NCBI GenBank assembly: GCA_963662795.1
Contig: OY759746.1
Location: 2,752,001 to 2,816,000, forward strand
Source of the DNA: Spirochaetia bacterium
GTDB lineage: Bacteria > Spirochaetota > Spirochaetia > CADAEX01
Direction of reading: 5' to 3'
Length of the DNA stretch: 64,000 nt
Below the pieces are notes generated by a model that was not told the origin of the DNA, searched no databases, and saw only the letters and a program-made list of their open reading frames with translations. The position numbers were made by a program, and so were the translations under genes. Of this stretch, positions 29,124-38,583 are shown one piece after another (the first letter of the stretch is position 1; each line of letters opens with the position of its first letter).

Positions 29124-30452
29124 ATGCTGGACGGAATATCAACCAAATTTTCAGACATAGTAAGATCAATCTCGGGAAAAGCGGCAATATCTGAAAAAAA
29201 TGTTCAGGATGCGGTCGATGAGATAAAGACAGCTCTTCTCGATGCGGATGTCAATCTCCGGGTAGTGAGAAGGTTTATAAATTCAACCCTTGAAGAGGCT
29301 GTCGGAGAAAAAGTATTAAAATCTGTTGCCCCGGGACAGCAGTTTGTCAAAATTGTATATGATAAAATGGTCAGCTTTCTCGGCGACGAGAGACAGGGCC
29401 TTGAGCTTAAAGGGCCTGATGTCGTCTCTTCGATACTTATGCTTGGCCTTCAGGGTTCAGGAAAGACAACAACGGCGGCAAAACTTGCAGCCCTTCTTTC
29501 CAGAGAGGGAAGGCGCGTTCTTCTGATTGCCGCCGACCTTGTGCGGCCTGCGGCTGTTGAGCAGCTCTCTGTTCTCGGCAGACAGATAGGGGTAGAGGTT
29601 TACAGGGAAGAGGGCTCAACTCCGGTAAAGGTTGTTAAAAACGGTCTCTCTTTCGCTAAAAAGAACCTTTTTAATACAGTAATTATAGATACATCAGGCC
29701 GGCTTCACATTGACACCGCCATGATGAAAGAGCTTTCCGAGATCAGAAAGATTTCCCAGCCTGATGAAGCTCTTCTTGTTGCTGATGCCATGACTGGACA
29801 GCATGCTGTAGATATTGCGAAAGAGTTTAATGAACAGATAGGAATAAGCGGCGTAATCTTAAGCAAGTTTGACTCGGATACAAGAGGCGGAGCGGCCCTT
29901 TCACTTAAAACAATTACCGGTAAACCGGTCAAATATATCGGTGTCGGTGAAAAAACAGAGGATCTTGATGTATTTTATCCTGAAAGGATTGCTTCAAGAA
30001 TTCTAGGAATGGGCGATGTTGTATCTCTTGTGGAAAAAGCCCAGCAGTCGATGGACCAGGAAGATGCGGAGAAACTTCAGGAAAAGATGGCGAAATCATC
30101 TTTTACTCTTGAAGATTATCTTGATCAGTTTTCAAGAATGAGGAAGATGGGAAGCGTACAGTCCCTTATTGAAATGATACCGGGTCTTAAAGGGAATATC
30201 GACGAAAGCAAAATTGACGAGAAAGAGATAGTCAAGGAAGAAGCAATAATCCTTTCCATGACAAAGATGGAAAGGCGTAATTATAGAATTATAGGCCCCT
30301 CAAGACGAAAGAGGGTAGCTGCGGGAAGCGGAACTTCTGTTTCAGAAGTAAACCGGTTTTTAAAGAAATTTGAAAAAACCAAACTGATGATGAAAAAGGT
30401 TGTTAAAAACAAGAAATATCAAGCCGATTTATTGTCTCAGTTCGGCAATTAG
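29124..30452 (+). CDS. ffh: Signal recognition particle protein
   Basis: GLQGSGKTT, DTSGR, SKFDSDTRGGAALS, M domain. Confidence 0.97.
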   Translation: MLDGISTKFSDIVRSISGKAAISEKNVQDAVDEIKTALLDADVNLRVVRRFINSTLEEAVGEKVLKSVAPGQQFVKIVYDKMVSFLGDERQGLELKGPDVVSSILMLGLQGSGKTTTAAKLAALLSREGRRVLLIAADLVRPAAVEQLSVLGRQIGVEVYREEGSTPVKVVKNGLSFAKKNLFNTVIIDTSGRLHIDTAMMKELSEIRKISQPDEALLVADAMTGQHAVDIAKEFNEQIGISGVILSKFDSDTRGGAALSLKTITGKPVKYIGVGEKTEDLDVFYPERIASRILGMGDVVSLVEKAQQSMDQEDAEKLQEKMAKSSFTLEDYLDQFSRMRKMGSVQSLIEMIPGLKGNIDESKIDEKEIVKEEAIILSMTKMERRNYRIIGPSRRKRVAAGSGTSVSEVNRFLKKFEKTKLMMKKVVKNKKYQADLLSQFGN

Positions 30453-30488
30453 TGTAAAACTAACAAATACTACAAGGAGGAAGTTCGA

Positions 30489-30740
30489 GTGAGTGTAAAA
30501 ATCAGACTGAAGCGGTTCGGCACAAAAAAAAGGCCGTATTACAGGGTAGTAGTGATGGATTCAGCTTCGCCCAGAGATGGCAAAACTATTGAAGAAGTAG
30601 GTCTTTACCATCCGATCGAGGCAGAAGAAAGACAGTTAAAACTTGATGCTGAAAAAATCAAGCAATGGCTCGATAAGGGAGCACAGCCTACCGATACAGT
30701 GAAGAAATTATTGAATAAAAGCAATATTTTTCTTAAGTAA
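30489..30740 (+). CDS. rpsP: 30S ribosomal protein S16
   Basis: [20 protein letters not shown]. Confidence 0.98.
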   Translation: MSVKIRLKRFGTKKRPYYRVVVMDSASPRDGKTIEEVGLYHPIEAEERQLKLDAEKIKQWLDKGAQPTDTVKKLLNKSNIFLK

Positions 30741-30754
30741 ACCGGAGATAAAAA

Positions 30755-30994
30755 ATGACATTGGAAAAAGATCTTGTCGAATATATTGCTAAATCTCTTG
30801 TGGATGACCCGGACGGAGTTAATGTAAACCTGATCGAAGGTGAGAAATCTACAATACTTGAATTAAAAGTATCCCAGGATGATATTGGTAAAGTAATCGG
30901 CAAGCACGGCAGGATAGCAAAAGCTATCAGAACTGTTCTTAGCGCTTCTGCAACAAAAAGCGGCAAAAGGGTTGTTCTGGAAATATTAGATTAG
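30755..30994 (+). CDS. khpA: KH-domain RNA-binding protein
   Basis: DDIGKVIGKHGRIAKAIRT; position between rpsP and rimM. Confidence 0.93.
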   Translation: MTLEKDLVEYIAKSLVDDPDGVNVNLIEGEKSTILELKVSQDDIGKVIGKHGRIAKAIRTVLSASATKSGKRVVLEILD

Positions 30995-30998
30995 CAAG

Positions 30999-31547
30999 GT
31001 GTCTGACAAAAAAAATCTGGCAATCGGAAAGGTAAGAACCTCTTTCGGCGTCAAGGGACATGTGAAAATCCTTAATTTTTCCGGAGAAAGCGGGCATTTC
31101 TTTAAGCTTGAAGAGATAAGCCTGAAATACAGGGAAAGAAGTGTTAAAAAAACAATAGAAAATGTTTCCCTGCACGGCTCTGATATAATTATAAAATTTA
31201 AAGGGATTGATACGCCGGAAGAGGCCAGGAAGCTTATAGACTGGGAAATTTGGGTCCCGCGTGAGAAGGCCTGCCCGCTTGAGGAAGGGGAATTCTATTT
31301 TTCCGACCTCTACGGCTGCACTCTTGTCGGAACGGAAACAGCTGAACAGCCTGCGAAAATATACGGGACGGTGAAATCTGTCCTTTCTGAATCAGGGGCT
31401 GATGATTTTCTTGAGATAGAAAGCAGCGATTTTGATGAAAAGAACAGAAAAAAGGTTTTTCTGGTCCCTTTTAAAAGCGAGTTTTTGGGAAAAATTGATA
31501 TTGAAGCCGGAACAATTGAACTTTTAACAGAGTGGATTATTCCGTGA
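30999..31547 (+). CDS. rimM: 16S rRNA processing protein RimM
   Basis: GKVRTSFGVKGHVK, EGEFYFSDLYG. Confidence 0.93.
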   Translation: MSDKKNLAIGKVRTSFGVKGHVKILNFSGESGHFFKLEEISLKYRERSVKKTIENVSLHGSDIIIKFKGIDTPEEARKLIDWEIWVPREKACPLEEGEFYFSDLYGCTLVGTETAEQPAKIYGTVKSVLSESGADDFLEIESSDFDEKNRKKVFLVPFKSEFLGKIDIEAGTIELLTEWIIP

Positions 31548-32218
31548 AAGTTCATATATTGACTTTATTTCCGGAAATTATTGAAGGCTATTTCAAGAGT
31601 TCAATTATGGCAAAAACTGTTGAAAAAGGGATTGTCGAGTATTCTGTCATCAATATCAGGGACTTTGCTCTTGACAGGCATAAAACCTGTGACGACTATC
31701 CCTATGGCGGCGGGGCGGGAATGATACTGAAGCCGGAACCCCTTGCCGGTGCTCTTGATTCAGTAAACGCTAAGGAAATAAGGACAGTTTATCCTTCCCC
31801 CTCCGGGAAGGTATTCAGTCAGAGTTATGCGAAAGAACTATCCGGAGAAAAAGAACTCATTTTTATCTGCGGAAGGTATGAAGGTATTGACCAGAGGATA
31901 ATTGACATATATGTTAATGATGAAATATGTATCGGCGACTATGTTCTCTCTTCAGGGGAAATAGCCGCCCTTGCCATTATTGATTCAGTTTACAGGCTTC
32001 TTGACGGGGTTATAAACAGCTCCTCGCTTGAAGAGGAAAGCTTTGAAGGGGGTATTCTTGAATATCCCCAGTATACACGGCCTGAAGTTTTTAACAGTTT
32101 AAAGGTGCCTGAGGTTCTTTTAACAGGGCATCATGAAAATATTAGAAAATGGAGACTTGGTAAGAGTCTTGAAAAAACAAGTAATTACAGACCTGACCTT
32201 CTAAAACCGTATGAATGA
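31544..32218 (+). CDS. trmD: tRNA (guanine37-N1)-methyltransferase
   Basis: ILTLFPE, DDYPYGGGAGM, CGRYEGIDQR, IGDYVLSSGE; GTGA overlap with rimM. Confidence 0.97.
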   Translation: MKVHILTLFPEIIEGYFKSSIMAKTVEKGIVEYSVINIRDFALDRHKTCDDYPYGGGAGMILKPEPLAGALDSVNAKEIRTVYPSPSGKVFSQSYAKELSGEKELIFICGRYEGIDQRIIDIYVNDEICIGDYVLSSGEIAALAIIDSVYRLLDGVINSSSLEEESFEGGILEYPQYTRPEVFNSLKVPEVLLTGHHENIRKWRLGKSLEKTSNYRPDLLKPYE

Positions 32219-32262
32219 TGGTGAAGACGGTACGGGATTGAATAGAGTGCAGGAGGTTTAAA

Positions 32263-32616
32263 ATGGATTTAATCAAAGCGGTAGAGGCAGCACATTTAAA
32301 GGAAAATACTGAAAATTTCAGTATTGGAGATACTGTCAAGGTTTTTTTCAAAATTATTGAAGGTACAACAGAAAGAGTACAGGTTTTTGAAGGTATATGT
32401 ATTGCAAAGAATAATACCGGAGTCAGAAAAACCTTTACAATAAGAAAATTATCATACGGAGTGGGAGTTGAAAGGGTGTTTCCCTTCCATTCCCCGAGAA
32501 TCCAGAAGATTGAGCTTGTAAGGCCTGGAAAGATAAGAAGAGCAAAGCTTTATTATCTCCGCGACAGAATCGGAAAAGCCGCCAAGGTAAAAGAGCTTAT
32601 CAAACGAAAAAGCTGA
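32263..32616 (+). CDS. rplS: 50S ribosomal protein L19
   Basis: [29 protein letters not shown]. Confidence 0.98.
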   Translation: MDLIKAVEAAHLKENTENFSIGDTVKVFFKIIEGTTERVQVFEGICIAKNNTGVRKTFTIRKLSYGVGVERVFPFHSPRIQKIELVRPGKIRRAKLYYLRDRIGKAAKVKELIKRKS

Positions 32617-32624
32617 TTATGTGA

Positions 32625-33617
32625 ATGATTGAAATAAATCCGGCTGCCGGAAGTATTAACGGCAGACGGAGCTATTCAGGTAAAATTGAGATTGTTGAGA
32701 GAACCGGGGAAGTTTCAGGTAAATTCTGGAATATCAAGGCCGGAACCCGGTTCCTTACTGTTTACAGCAATTCAATTTTTAGCCCCGGTGAAACAATAAG
32801 GGGCAGGATTTTTTTCAGCGGAAATATTCTGCATCTTGAAGTATTGAAAAAACAGGAGGCTCCTGCAGCCGGTCCTGTTTTTTTTTCAGATGCGCTGATC
32901 AGCCTTGAACGGCTGGCAGCTGTTTTTTTCAGTGAAACAGGACGTAAACCGGATAATCTGCTTGCAGCCATACTTAAAAGCCTTATCGTTAAAAAAGAAA
33001 TAACAAAAGAACACCAGGGCTCAATCGCTTTTGAGGCATGGAATAAAGGCTTCAGGAACGAGTCGTCAATTTCTTCTCTTTTAAATGCAGTATCAGGTGC
33101 CGGAGGGGAAGGCACAGATGGCGGGAAGGGAAGCGGGAAAGAGAAAAACCGGGATAAAAGCGGAGGCAGCTCTGAAGATGATGCGGCAGCTGATATTGTC
33201 AAAGCAGTTGCAGATGTTGAAAACAGAAATGATTCATTGTTTGTTTTCAACCACATCACCCTTCCCGACAGACACTGGATAATTATCCCTTACCGGACCG
33301 GTGAAGGAAAAAACATTGTAAAAGGGACAATAAGACTGAAAAGTGTTAATATGTCCTTAAGTGATATGGTAGTTCATGCTGAAAAAAATGATTCGATCTG
33401 GTTTTTTTCATTATCAGAAATCAGCGGACAGGGAAGAAAATTAAAGATATATGCGAATAAAAAGGGATTATCTGACACCAAAGATAAAAACTTTGCCATA
33501 TTTATAAAAAAACTTCAAAACCTGGGGTTAAAAATTGACGATAATGTATATGAACTTAATGCATTTACAGGTTTTTCAGAAGTTGCAGCATCTATGGGTG
33601 TTGATGTAGAAGTTTAA
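32625..33617 (+). CDS. Hypothetical protein, FliK/YlqG-like
   Basis: Low-complexity linker then FNH..HWIIIPY..KGTIRL beta domain, ends GVDVEV; directly precedes FlhB-C-like gene. Confidence 0.5.
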   Translation: MIEINPAAGSINGRRSYSGKIEIVERTGEVSGKFWNIKAGTRFLTVYSNSIFSPGETIRGRIFFSGNILHLEVLKKQEAPAAGPVFFSDALISLERLAAVFFSETGRKPDNLLAAILKSLIVKKEITKEHQGSIAFEAWNKGFRNESSISSLLNAVSGAGGEGTDGGKGSGKEKNRDKSGGSSEDDAAADIVKAVADVENRNDSLFVFNHITLPDRHWIIIPYRTGEGKNIVKGTIRLKSVNMSLSDMVVHAEKNDSIWFFSLSEISGQGRKLKIYANKKGLSDTKDKNFAIFIKKLQNLGLKIDDNVYELNAFTGFSEVAASMGVDVEV

Positions 33618-33621
33618 CGGG

Positions 33622-33864
33622 ATGAAGATCAGAAAGGCTGTTGCGCTGCGTTATGACAGGGATTTACCGGCACCGGTTATCACTGCAAAAGGGAGAGGGC
33701 GCTTTGCCGGCAGGATACTGGAAATTGCAGAGCAAAATGGTATAGCTGTTGTGCACGACGATAAGCTTTCTGATTCTTTTTATACATTTAATGTGGGAGA
33801 TTTAATAACTGAAGAGTATTATGAGATAGTGGCGGAAATTCTTGCATTTATACTTAAAGTTTAA
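33622..33864 (+). CDS. FlhB C-terminal-like (EscU/YscU/YlqH) protein
   Basis: KAVALRYD..APVITAKGRG..AGRILEIAEQNGI..YEIVAEILAF. Confidence 0.9.
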   Translation: MKIRKAVALRYDRDLPAPVITAKGRGRFAGRILEIAEQNGIAVVHDDKLSDSFYTFNVGDLITEEYYEIVAEILAFILKV

Positions 33865-33875
33865 AATGGTGTATT

Positions 33876-35027
33876 ATGAATAAAATTAAAGTTTCAGATT
33901 TGAAGGAAGGGTATACTTTTACCTCAAATGTTTATATTGATGAAAAATTACAAAGTATGCTGGTTCCTGCAAATCTGAATCTGAAGAGTAAAGAGATTGA
34001 GCGTATAAAAAACTGGGGGATAGAAGAAGTATATACGGAAGGGGAGATTGTAGATCCAGACGAAGCTGAGAAGTCAAAAGCCGGCGATGTTGACGATGCT
34101 GCAGATTCAAAATTTTTCAGCAGTTATGCGGCTATGATTGAAGTTTTTTCAGGAATTGTAAGCGGACTCAAAAAAGGGAAAAAACCCGAAGTTGATACAA
34201 TCAATAAACTTGCAAATCAGATTATCGATATTGTTTCAGGTGCTGAAGATATAAAGGATATACATGAACTTATCGGTTATATCAGCAAGAGCGACAAACT
34301 GGGTGAAAAATACGCTGTAAGCGGTATAAACTGCGCTTTTCTCTCAATACTTGTCGGTATGGAACTCGGGCTCACCGCAATAAGGCTTCAGCATCTTGCT
34401 GTGGCGTCATTGCTTCACGATATCGGAATGCTTAAAATACCTGAAAGAATTACAGATAAAAACGGGCAGCTTACACCGGATGAGCTGAATATTGTAAGAA
34501 TGCATTCAGCAGTTTCCTATCAGGTTGTTATCAAGAATTTCGGCTTTCCTGAAACAATTGCCAGGATTGTGCTTCAGCATCATGAAAGGTGGGACGGAAA
34601 GGGTTATCCCAACGGACTTGCCGGTGACCAGATAAATCTTCTTTCAAGAATAATTGCTGTTACTGATTCTTTTGAGGCAATGAACAGGGCGAAATCCTAC
34701 CGTTCTTCAATGATCGGATATGCTGCCATGAAACAGATTCTTAATGAAAATTCCAAGAAATATGATGCCTCAATTGTAAAGCTCTTTATCAAGGTACTTG
34801 GTATTTATCCGCCGGGAAGTTTTGTAATCCTTAATGACACAAGCATCGGAAAGGTGGTCAAGGTAAAGAAGATTGCCCCGTTAAGGCCGGTTATTAAGCT
34901 CCTGATTGATAACAGCGGCAATAAATGCGAAGATAGCAATATAGAAATTGATCTTGTTACAAACACAAGGCTTTTTATAGTGAAGGTAATTGATCTTTCC
35001 GAGCTTGAAGGGAAGCTTTCAGGTTGA
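33876..35027 (+). CDS. Cytoplasmic HD-GYP c-di-GMP phosphodiesterase (PdeB-like)
   Basis: LHDIGM, QHHERWDGKGYP, GIYPPGSFVILND. Confidence 0.88.
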   Translation: MNKIKVSDLKEGYTFTSNVYIDEKLQSMLVPANLNLKSKEIERIKNWGIEEVYTEGEIVDPDEAEKSKAGDVDDAADSKFFSSYAAMIEVFSGIVSGLKKGKKPEVDTINKLANQIIDIVSGAEDIKDIHELIGYISKSDKLGEKYAVSGINCAFLSILVGMELGLTAIRLQHLAVASLLHDIGMLKIPERITDKNGQLTPDELNIVRMHSAVSYQVVIKNFGFPETIARIVLQHHERWDGKGYPNGLAGDQINLLSRIIAVTDSFEAMNRAKSYRSSMIGYAAMKQILNENSKKYDASIVKLFIKVLGIYPPGSFVILNDTSIGKVVKVKKIAPLRPVIKLLIDNSGNKCEDSNIEIDLVTNTRLFIVKVIDLSELEGKLSG

Positions 35028-35386
35028 ACCGGTACGATAAAGGGAAATCCGGAGAAAACAAAGCCTGTAAATATCTTGAGGATAAGGGATATACTGTAGT
35101 TGCAAGAAATTACAGAAGTAAAAAAGGGGAAATTGATATAGTTGCAAGAGAGGGCGGCTGCCTTGTCTTTGTAGAGGTGAAATCATGGGGAATCGTCCCT
35201 TTTTCTGAAACAGGATTCAGTATAGGAAGAGTGAAAAAAAGCAGATTGATTAAAACTGTAAAACAGTACCTGTATGAAAATCAAAAAAGTGTTTCAGAGC
35301 TTGATATAAGATTTGATCTGATTTTTTTGAATCCGCTGAAAGGGACATTGACCCACAGCGAGAACGTAATAGGGGAGTTTCATTAA
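35024..35386 (+). CDS. yraN: YraN family (UPF0102) nuclease-like protein
   Basis: GKSGENKA, RNYR..GEIDIVA, LVFVEVK, RFD. Confidence 0.92.
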   Translation: MNRYDKGKSGENKACKYLEDKGYTVVARNYRSKKGEIDIVAREGGCLVFVEVKSWGIVPFSETGFSIGRVKKSRLIKTVKQYLYENQKSVSELDIRFDLIFLNPLKGTLTHSENVIGEFH

Positions 35387-35389
35387 ATT

Positions 35390-35542
35390 ATGGTAAGAAT
35401 AGCAAAAAAAACTGACCCTGTTAAACTGGAAGAATTGAAGAAAAAAATAAATGATGAAAAATATTTATCGCTTGCAATTCAGCAGATAGCACAGATACTA
35501 TCATCTGAAATACTAAATCTTGAAGAGGAAAACAAAGTATGA
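35390..35542 (+). CDS. 50-aa small protein resembling FlgM C-terminus (not in ORF track)
   Basis: MVRIAKKTDPVKLEELKKKINDEKYLSLAIQQIAQILSSEILNLEEENKV*; fills the gap exactly, ATGA overlap with next gene. Confidence 0.72.
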   Translation: MVRIAKKTDPVKLEELKKKINDEKYLSLAIQQIAQILSSEILNLEEENKV

Positions 35543-35937
35543 ATCCGAAAGGAAATAATAATAATAAAAAAGATTTCAGGAAGAACTTCCGCGGCAGCAG
35601 AAGAAAAGGAAATGTTACAAGAGAGAAAACAGAAGTAAACAAAGTTACCTATACATGCGAAATATGTGAGCAGGTGATTCAGGATATTACTGCAGCCCTT
35701 GCAGTACCGGTAAACGGTAATCCGGCCCATTTTGACTGTGTTGTCAAAAAACTTGCTGAAACTGAGAAACTTGAGGACGGTCAGCAGATTGTATATCTCG
35801 GAGGCGGTAATTTCGGTGTAGTTAAATTTGATGCCAAGTCTCCCAAAAATGAATTTAAAATAATAAAAAAGATAGAATATGAAGACAGGGAAATCATTCC
35901 TGACTGGAGAAAAGAACTGGTCAAGGTAGTTGTCTGA
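35539..35937 (+). CDS. Conserved spirochaete hypothetical protein with Zn-binding motif
   Basis: Basic N-terminus; CEIC..HFDC, YLGGGNFGVV. Confidence 0.75.
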   Translation: MNPKGNNNNKKDFRKNFRGSRRKGNVTREKTEVNKVTYTCEICEQVIQDITAALAVPVNGNPAHFDCVVKKLAETEKLEDGQQIVYLGGGNFGVVKFDAKSPKNEFKIIKKIEYEDREIIPDWRKELVKVVV

Positions 35938-35973
35938 AGGCCTGTCATTTATCCTTAATATTTATGCATGCAT

Positions 35974-36014
35974 AAAAAAGCTGCCGGTTACGCTTTAGCG
36001 TCAGGCAGCTTTTT
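35974..36014. terminator. Bidirectional terminator
   Basis: AAAAAAGCTGCC...GGCAGCTTTTT. Confidence 0.8.
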
Positions 36015-36037
36015 CATTTCCGGAAGATAATAATCTA

Positions 36038-36742
36038 TCAGTACTGTCTCAACCGGTCTATAAGAAGAGATGCCCATTTTTTTACATTGGTGCTGTAATT
36101 ACCCTGCTGTATCGCGACTATGGATTTATATATAAATTTGGGGTCAGGGTCATCCTCAAATCCGCCGTTTTTCTTGGCTATTTTCTCTATTGCAAGCAGT
36201 GATGCTACTGCAAGGTTGTCATCCACAATATATTTTTTTGAATCCGCATCAATAACACTTGAAATTGCAAGCAGCGCTTCATTGTTATTGTTAAGGCCTA
36301 TAACACCAAGACCGTAAACAGCCTGGGAGAGAACCATCGGTTCAACATCTTTCAGCGCAATATTTATCAGTGAGTTTTTGGAATTTTCACCGCCTATTTC
36401 TCCGAGTAATTTAGCCGCTCTTCTTCTGACTTCAGGATAATAATTGGTTTTTCTGTTGCTTTCCCTTACTACGATGGCGGTGCCTTCGCCTGAAAGGGAT
36501 GTAAGTATTGCATGCAGCTGTACATCTCCTTCCTTGACTTTTCCGTCATTAACCATCTGTTCAATTGTATCAAGCGCCACAAGTTTTTGCTCTCTTGTAT
36601 CAGCTGCAGCAAGTTCGCTTATTATACCTATTTCAATGCTTGTGCTAAGATATTTTTCCTCTACTGTTTTTTCTCCGCTCTGCGGAAAAACAGAAAACGA
36701 TGCAGCAGTTAAAATAAAAATAACAAAAATTACTCTTTTCAT
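36038..36742 (-). CDS. Exported HEAT-repeat protein
   Basis: Signal peptide; PEVRRRAAKLLGEIG, DVEPMVLSQAVYGLG. Confidence 0.8.
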   Translation of the reverse strand: MKRVIFVIFILTAASFSVFPQSGEKTVEEKYLSTSIEIGIISELAAADTREQKLVALDTIEQMVNDGKVKEGDVQLHAILTSLSGEGTAIVVRESNRKTNYYPEVRRRAAKLLGEIGGENSKNSLINIALKDVEPMVLSQAVYGLGVIGLNNNNEALLAISSVIDADSKKYIVDDNLAVASLLAIEKIAKKNGGFEDDPDPKFIYKSIVAIQQGNYSTNVKKWASLLIDRLRQY

Positions 36743-36778
36743 ATTTTTTCTCCAAATTGTTTTTCTGCAAAACAACAG

Positions 36779-37339
36779 CTAAAGTCCAATTTTCCAGTTA
36801 CCCTGTATATTGATGAGAGTATAAAGTACAACCGGCTCCCCGTCAATTCGCATATATGCCTTGATATTATTATCGTCAATGAATGATATATCATCAAGCT
36901 GAACATCAGATCTGCTTGGCCCGACAACATAGTTGAAATAGTCTTTCAGGGACCTGAGTACAATATTGTGCTTCTTCAGTATCGGAGTTTCATTATAGAT
37001 TTTCAGGTTATCCTGATTGCTGTAAAAATCAATATATTCCTTTGTAAGGTATTTTTTCCATTCATCAAAATTTGAAGACCTGATTATCGTATTAAGAGTT
37101 TCGATCAGTAGTGTGATATCAGAAAAAGTCTTTGAATATACATCTTCTGAAACTTTAAACCCGCTGCTTTCTGCGGTTTCCTTCTGAACGACTGCTTCCG
37201 GTTCCGGCTCAACTATTTTCTGTACGGCTTCAGGCGATGAGGTACATGACATTACCGGCAAAAATGCAAGTAAAGCAGAAAATAACAATAAATAGACATT
37301 GCTGCGTGTAAAAACAGACACAAACCTTGTACCTTTCAT
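36779..37339 (-). CDS. Lipoprotein (NTF2-like C-terminal domain)
   Basis: Lipobox VMSC; DYFNYVVGPSRS, GNWKIG. Confidence 0.7.
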   Translation of the reverse strand: MKGTRFVSVFTRSNVYLLLFSALLAFLPVMSCTSSPEAVQKIVEPEPEAVVQKETAESSGFKVSEDVYSKTFSDITLLIETLNTIIRSSNFDEWKKYLTKEYIDFYSNQDNLKIYNETPILKKHNIVLRSLKDYFNYVVGPSRSDVQLDDISFIDDNNIKAYMRIDGEPVVLYTLINIQGNWKIGL

Positions 37340-37475
37340 AATATAACATTATATTATTTTACAGCTTTTTGTCAAAACTAATTTTAATTTTTGTATCTGC
37401 TGTGCCCTTACATGGTTATCTGGCACACAGTGATATAATTATTAATACAAATTAATTAATTAATTCAGGTAGAAT

Positions 37476-37973
37476 ATGGGTAAAGTAATGGTTAAAGCGG
37501 TTTTTCCGGGTTCTTTCGATCCCCCTACCAATGGGCATTTGAATGTAATCGAAAGGGCGGCAAAAATATTCGAAGAAGTCCTTGTTGTCATTTCCGTAAA
37601 TCCCCAGAAAAAATTCTTTTTTACTGCGGAAGAACGTTATGGAATGATGAAAAGCATTCTTTCCGGTTATGAAAACGTTCATCTGCACATCTGGGACAAG
37701 CTTATTGTAGAATTTGCTGCCATGAACGGTGCAAAAGTAATAGTAAGGGGTGTCAGATCACTCACGGATTTTGCCTATGAACTTGAACTTTCAATGATAA
37801 ATAAAGGGCTGAATCCTGAGATTGATACGTTTTTTATACCGACTGATTCAAAATATTCACTTCAGCGGTCATCAGCAATAAAGGAACTGGCCTCCTTCGG
37901 CGGCAATATCTCCAATATGGTGCCTGAAATAGTGGAAAAGGAACTCAAAAAGCGTTTCGGCTATGGTTCTTGA
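37476..37973 (+). CDS. coaD: Phosphopantetheine adenylyltransferase
   Basis: FPGSFDPPTNGH, VRGVRSLTDFAYE, SSAIKE. Confidence 0.96.
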   Translation: MGKVMVKAVFPGSFDPPTNGHLNVIERAAKIFEEVLVVISVNPQKKFFFTAEERYGMMKSILSGYENVHLHIWDKLIVEFAAMNGAKVIVRGVRSLTDFAYELELSMINKGLNPEIDTFFIPTDSKYSLQRSSAIKELASFGGNISNMVPEIVEKELKKRFGYGS

Positions 37974-38061
37974 CAAAACAGGCGTCTTTACAGTATGTTT
38001 TCCATTAATAATAGCAATGATGATTACTAAAGATTATTAAAATATAAATGAGAGGTAAGAA

Positions 38062-38250
38062 ATGGCTGTACCAAAGAGGAAACCGTCGAAAGCAAAAAGC
38101 AGAACAAGAAAATCTATCAATATGAAGATATCTGTCCCTACTCTTAGCGAATGCGGAACATGCGGTAATAAGGTAGTTCCGCACAGAGTTTGCCCAAAAT
38201 GCGGATTTTATAAAGGAAAACAGTATTTAGGGCTTGAAGAAATTGCATAA
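38062..38250 (+). CDS. rpmF: 50S ribosomal protein L32 (Zn-binding type)
   Basis: MAVPKRKPSK, CGTC..PHRVCPKCGFYKG. Confidence 0.97.
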   Translation: MAVPKRKPSKAKSRTRKSINMKISVPTLSECGTCGNKVVPHRVCPKCGFYKGKQYLGLEEIA

Positions 38251-38345
38251 TTAATTTATAAGTTTCTTCTTTTTCCAGACTGCTGTTGTAAATTATATAC
38301 ATACAGCAGATATTTTAAATTTTTCTGTCTTTACAGGAGGAAACA

Positions 38346-38582
38346 ATGGACGAACTTTTTGATAAAGTTAAAAAAATTATTGCTGAGAAACTTGATGTAG
38401 ATGAGGCAAAAATTACACCTGAAGCATCTTTCAGGCAGGATCTCGGAGCAGACAGCCTTGATACATACGAACTTGTATATGCTCTCGAAGAAGAGATGAA
38501 TATTCAGATTCCGGATGAGAAAGCCAATGAGTTTGAAACAGTCGGAGATGCTGTAGAGTTTATCAGATCAGTAGCAAAATAA
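38346..38582 (+). CDS. acpP: Acyl carrier protein
   Basis: DLGADSLD. Confidence 0.97.
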   Translation: MDELFDKVKKIIAEKLDVDEAKITPEASFRQDLGADSLDTYELVYALEEEMNIQIPDEKANEFETVGDAVEFIRSVAK

Positions 38583-38583
38583 A

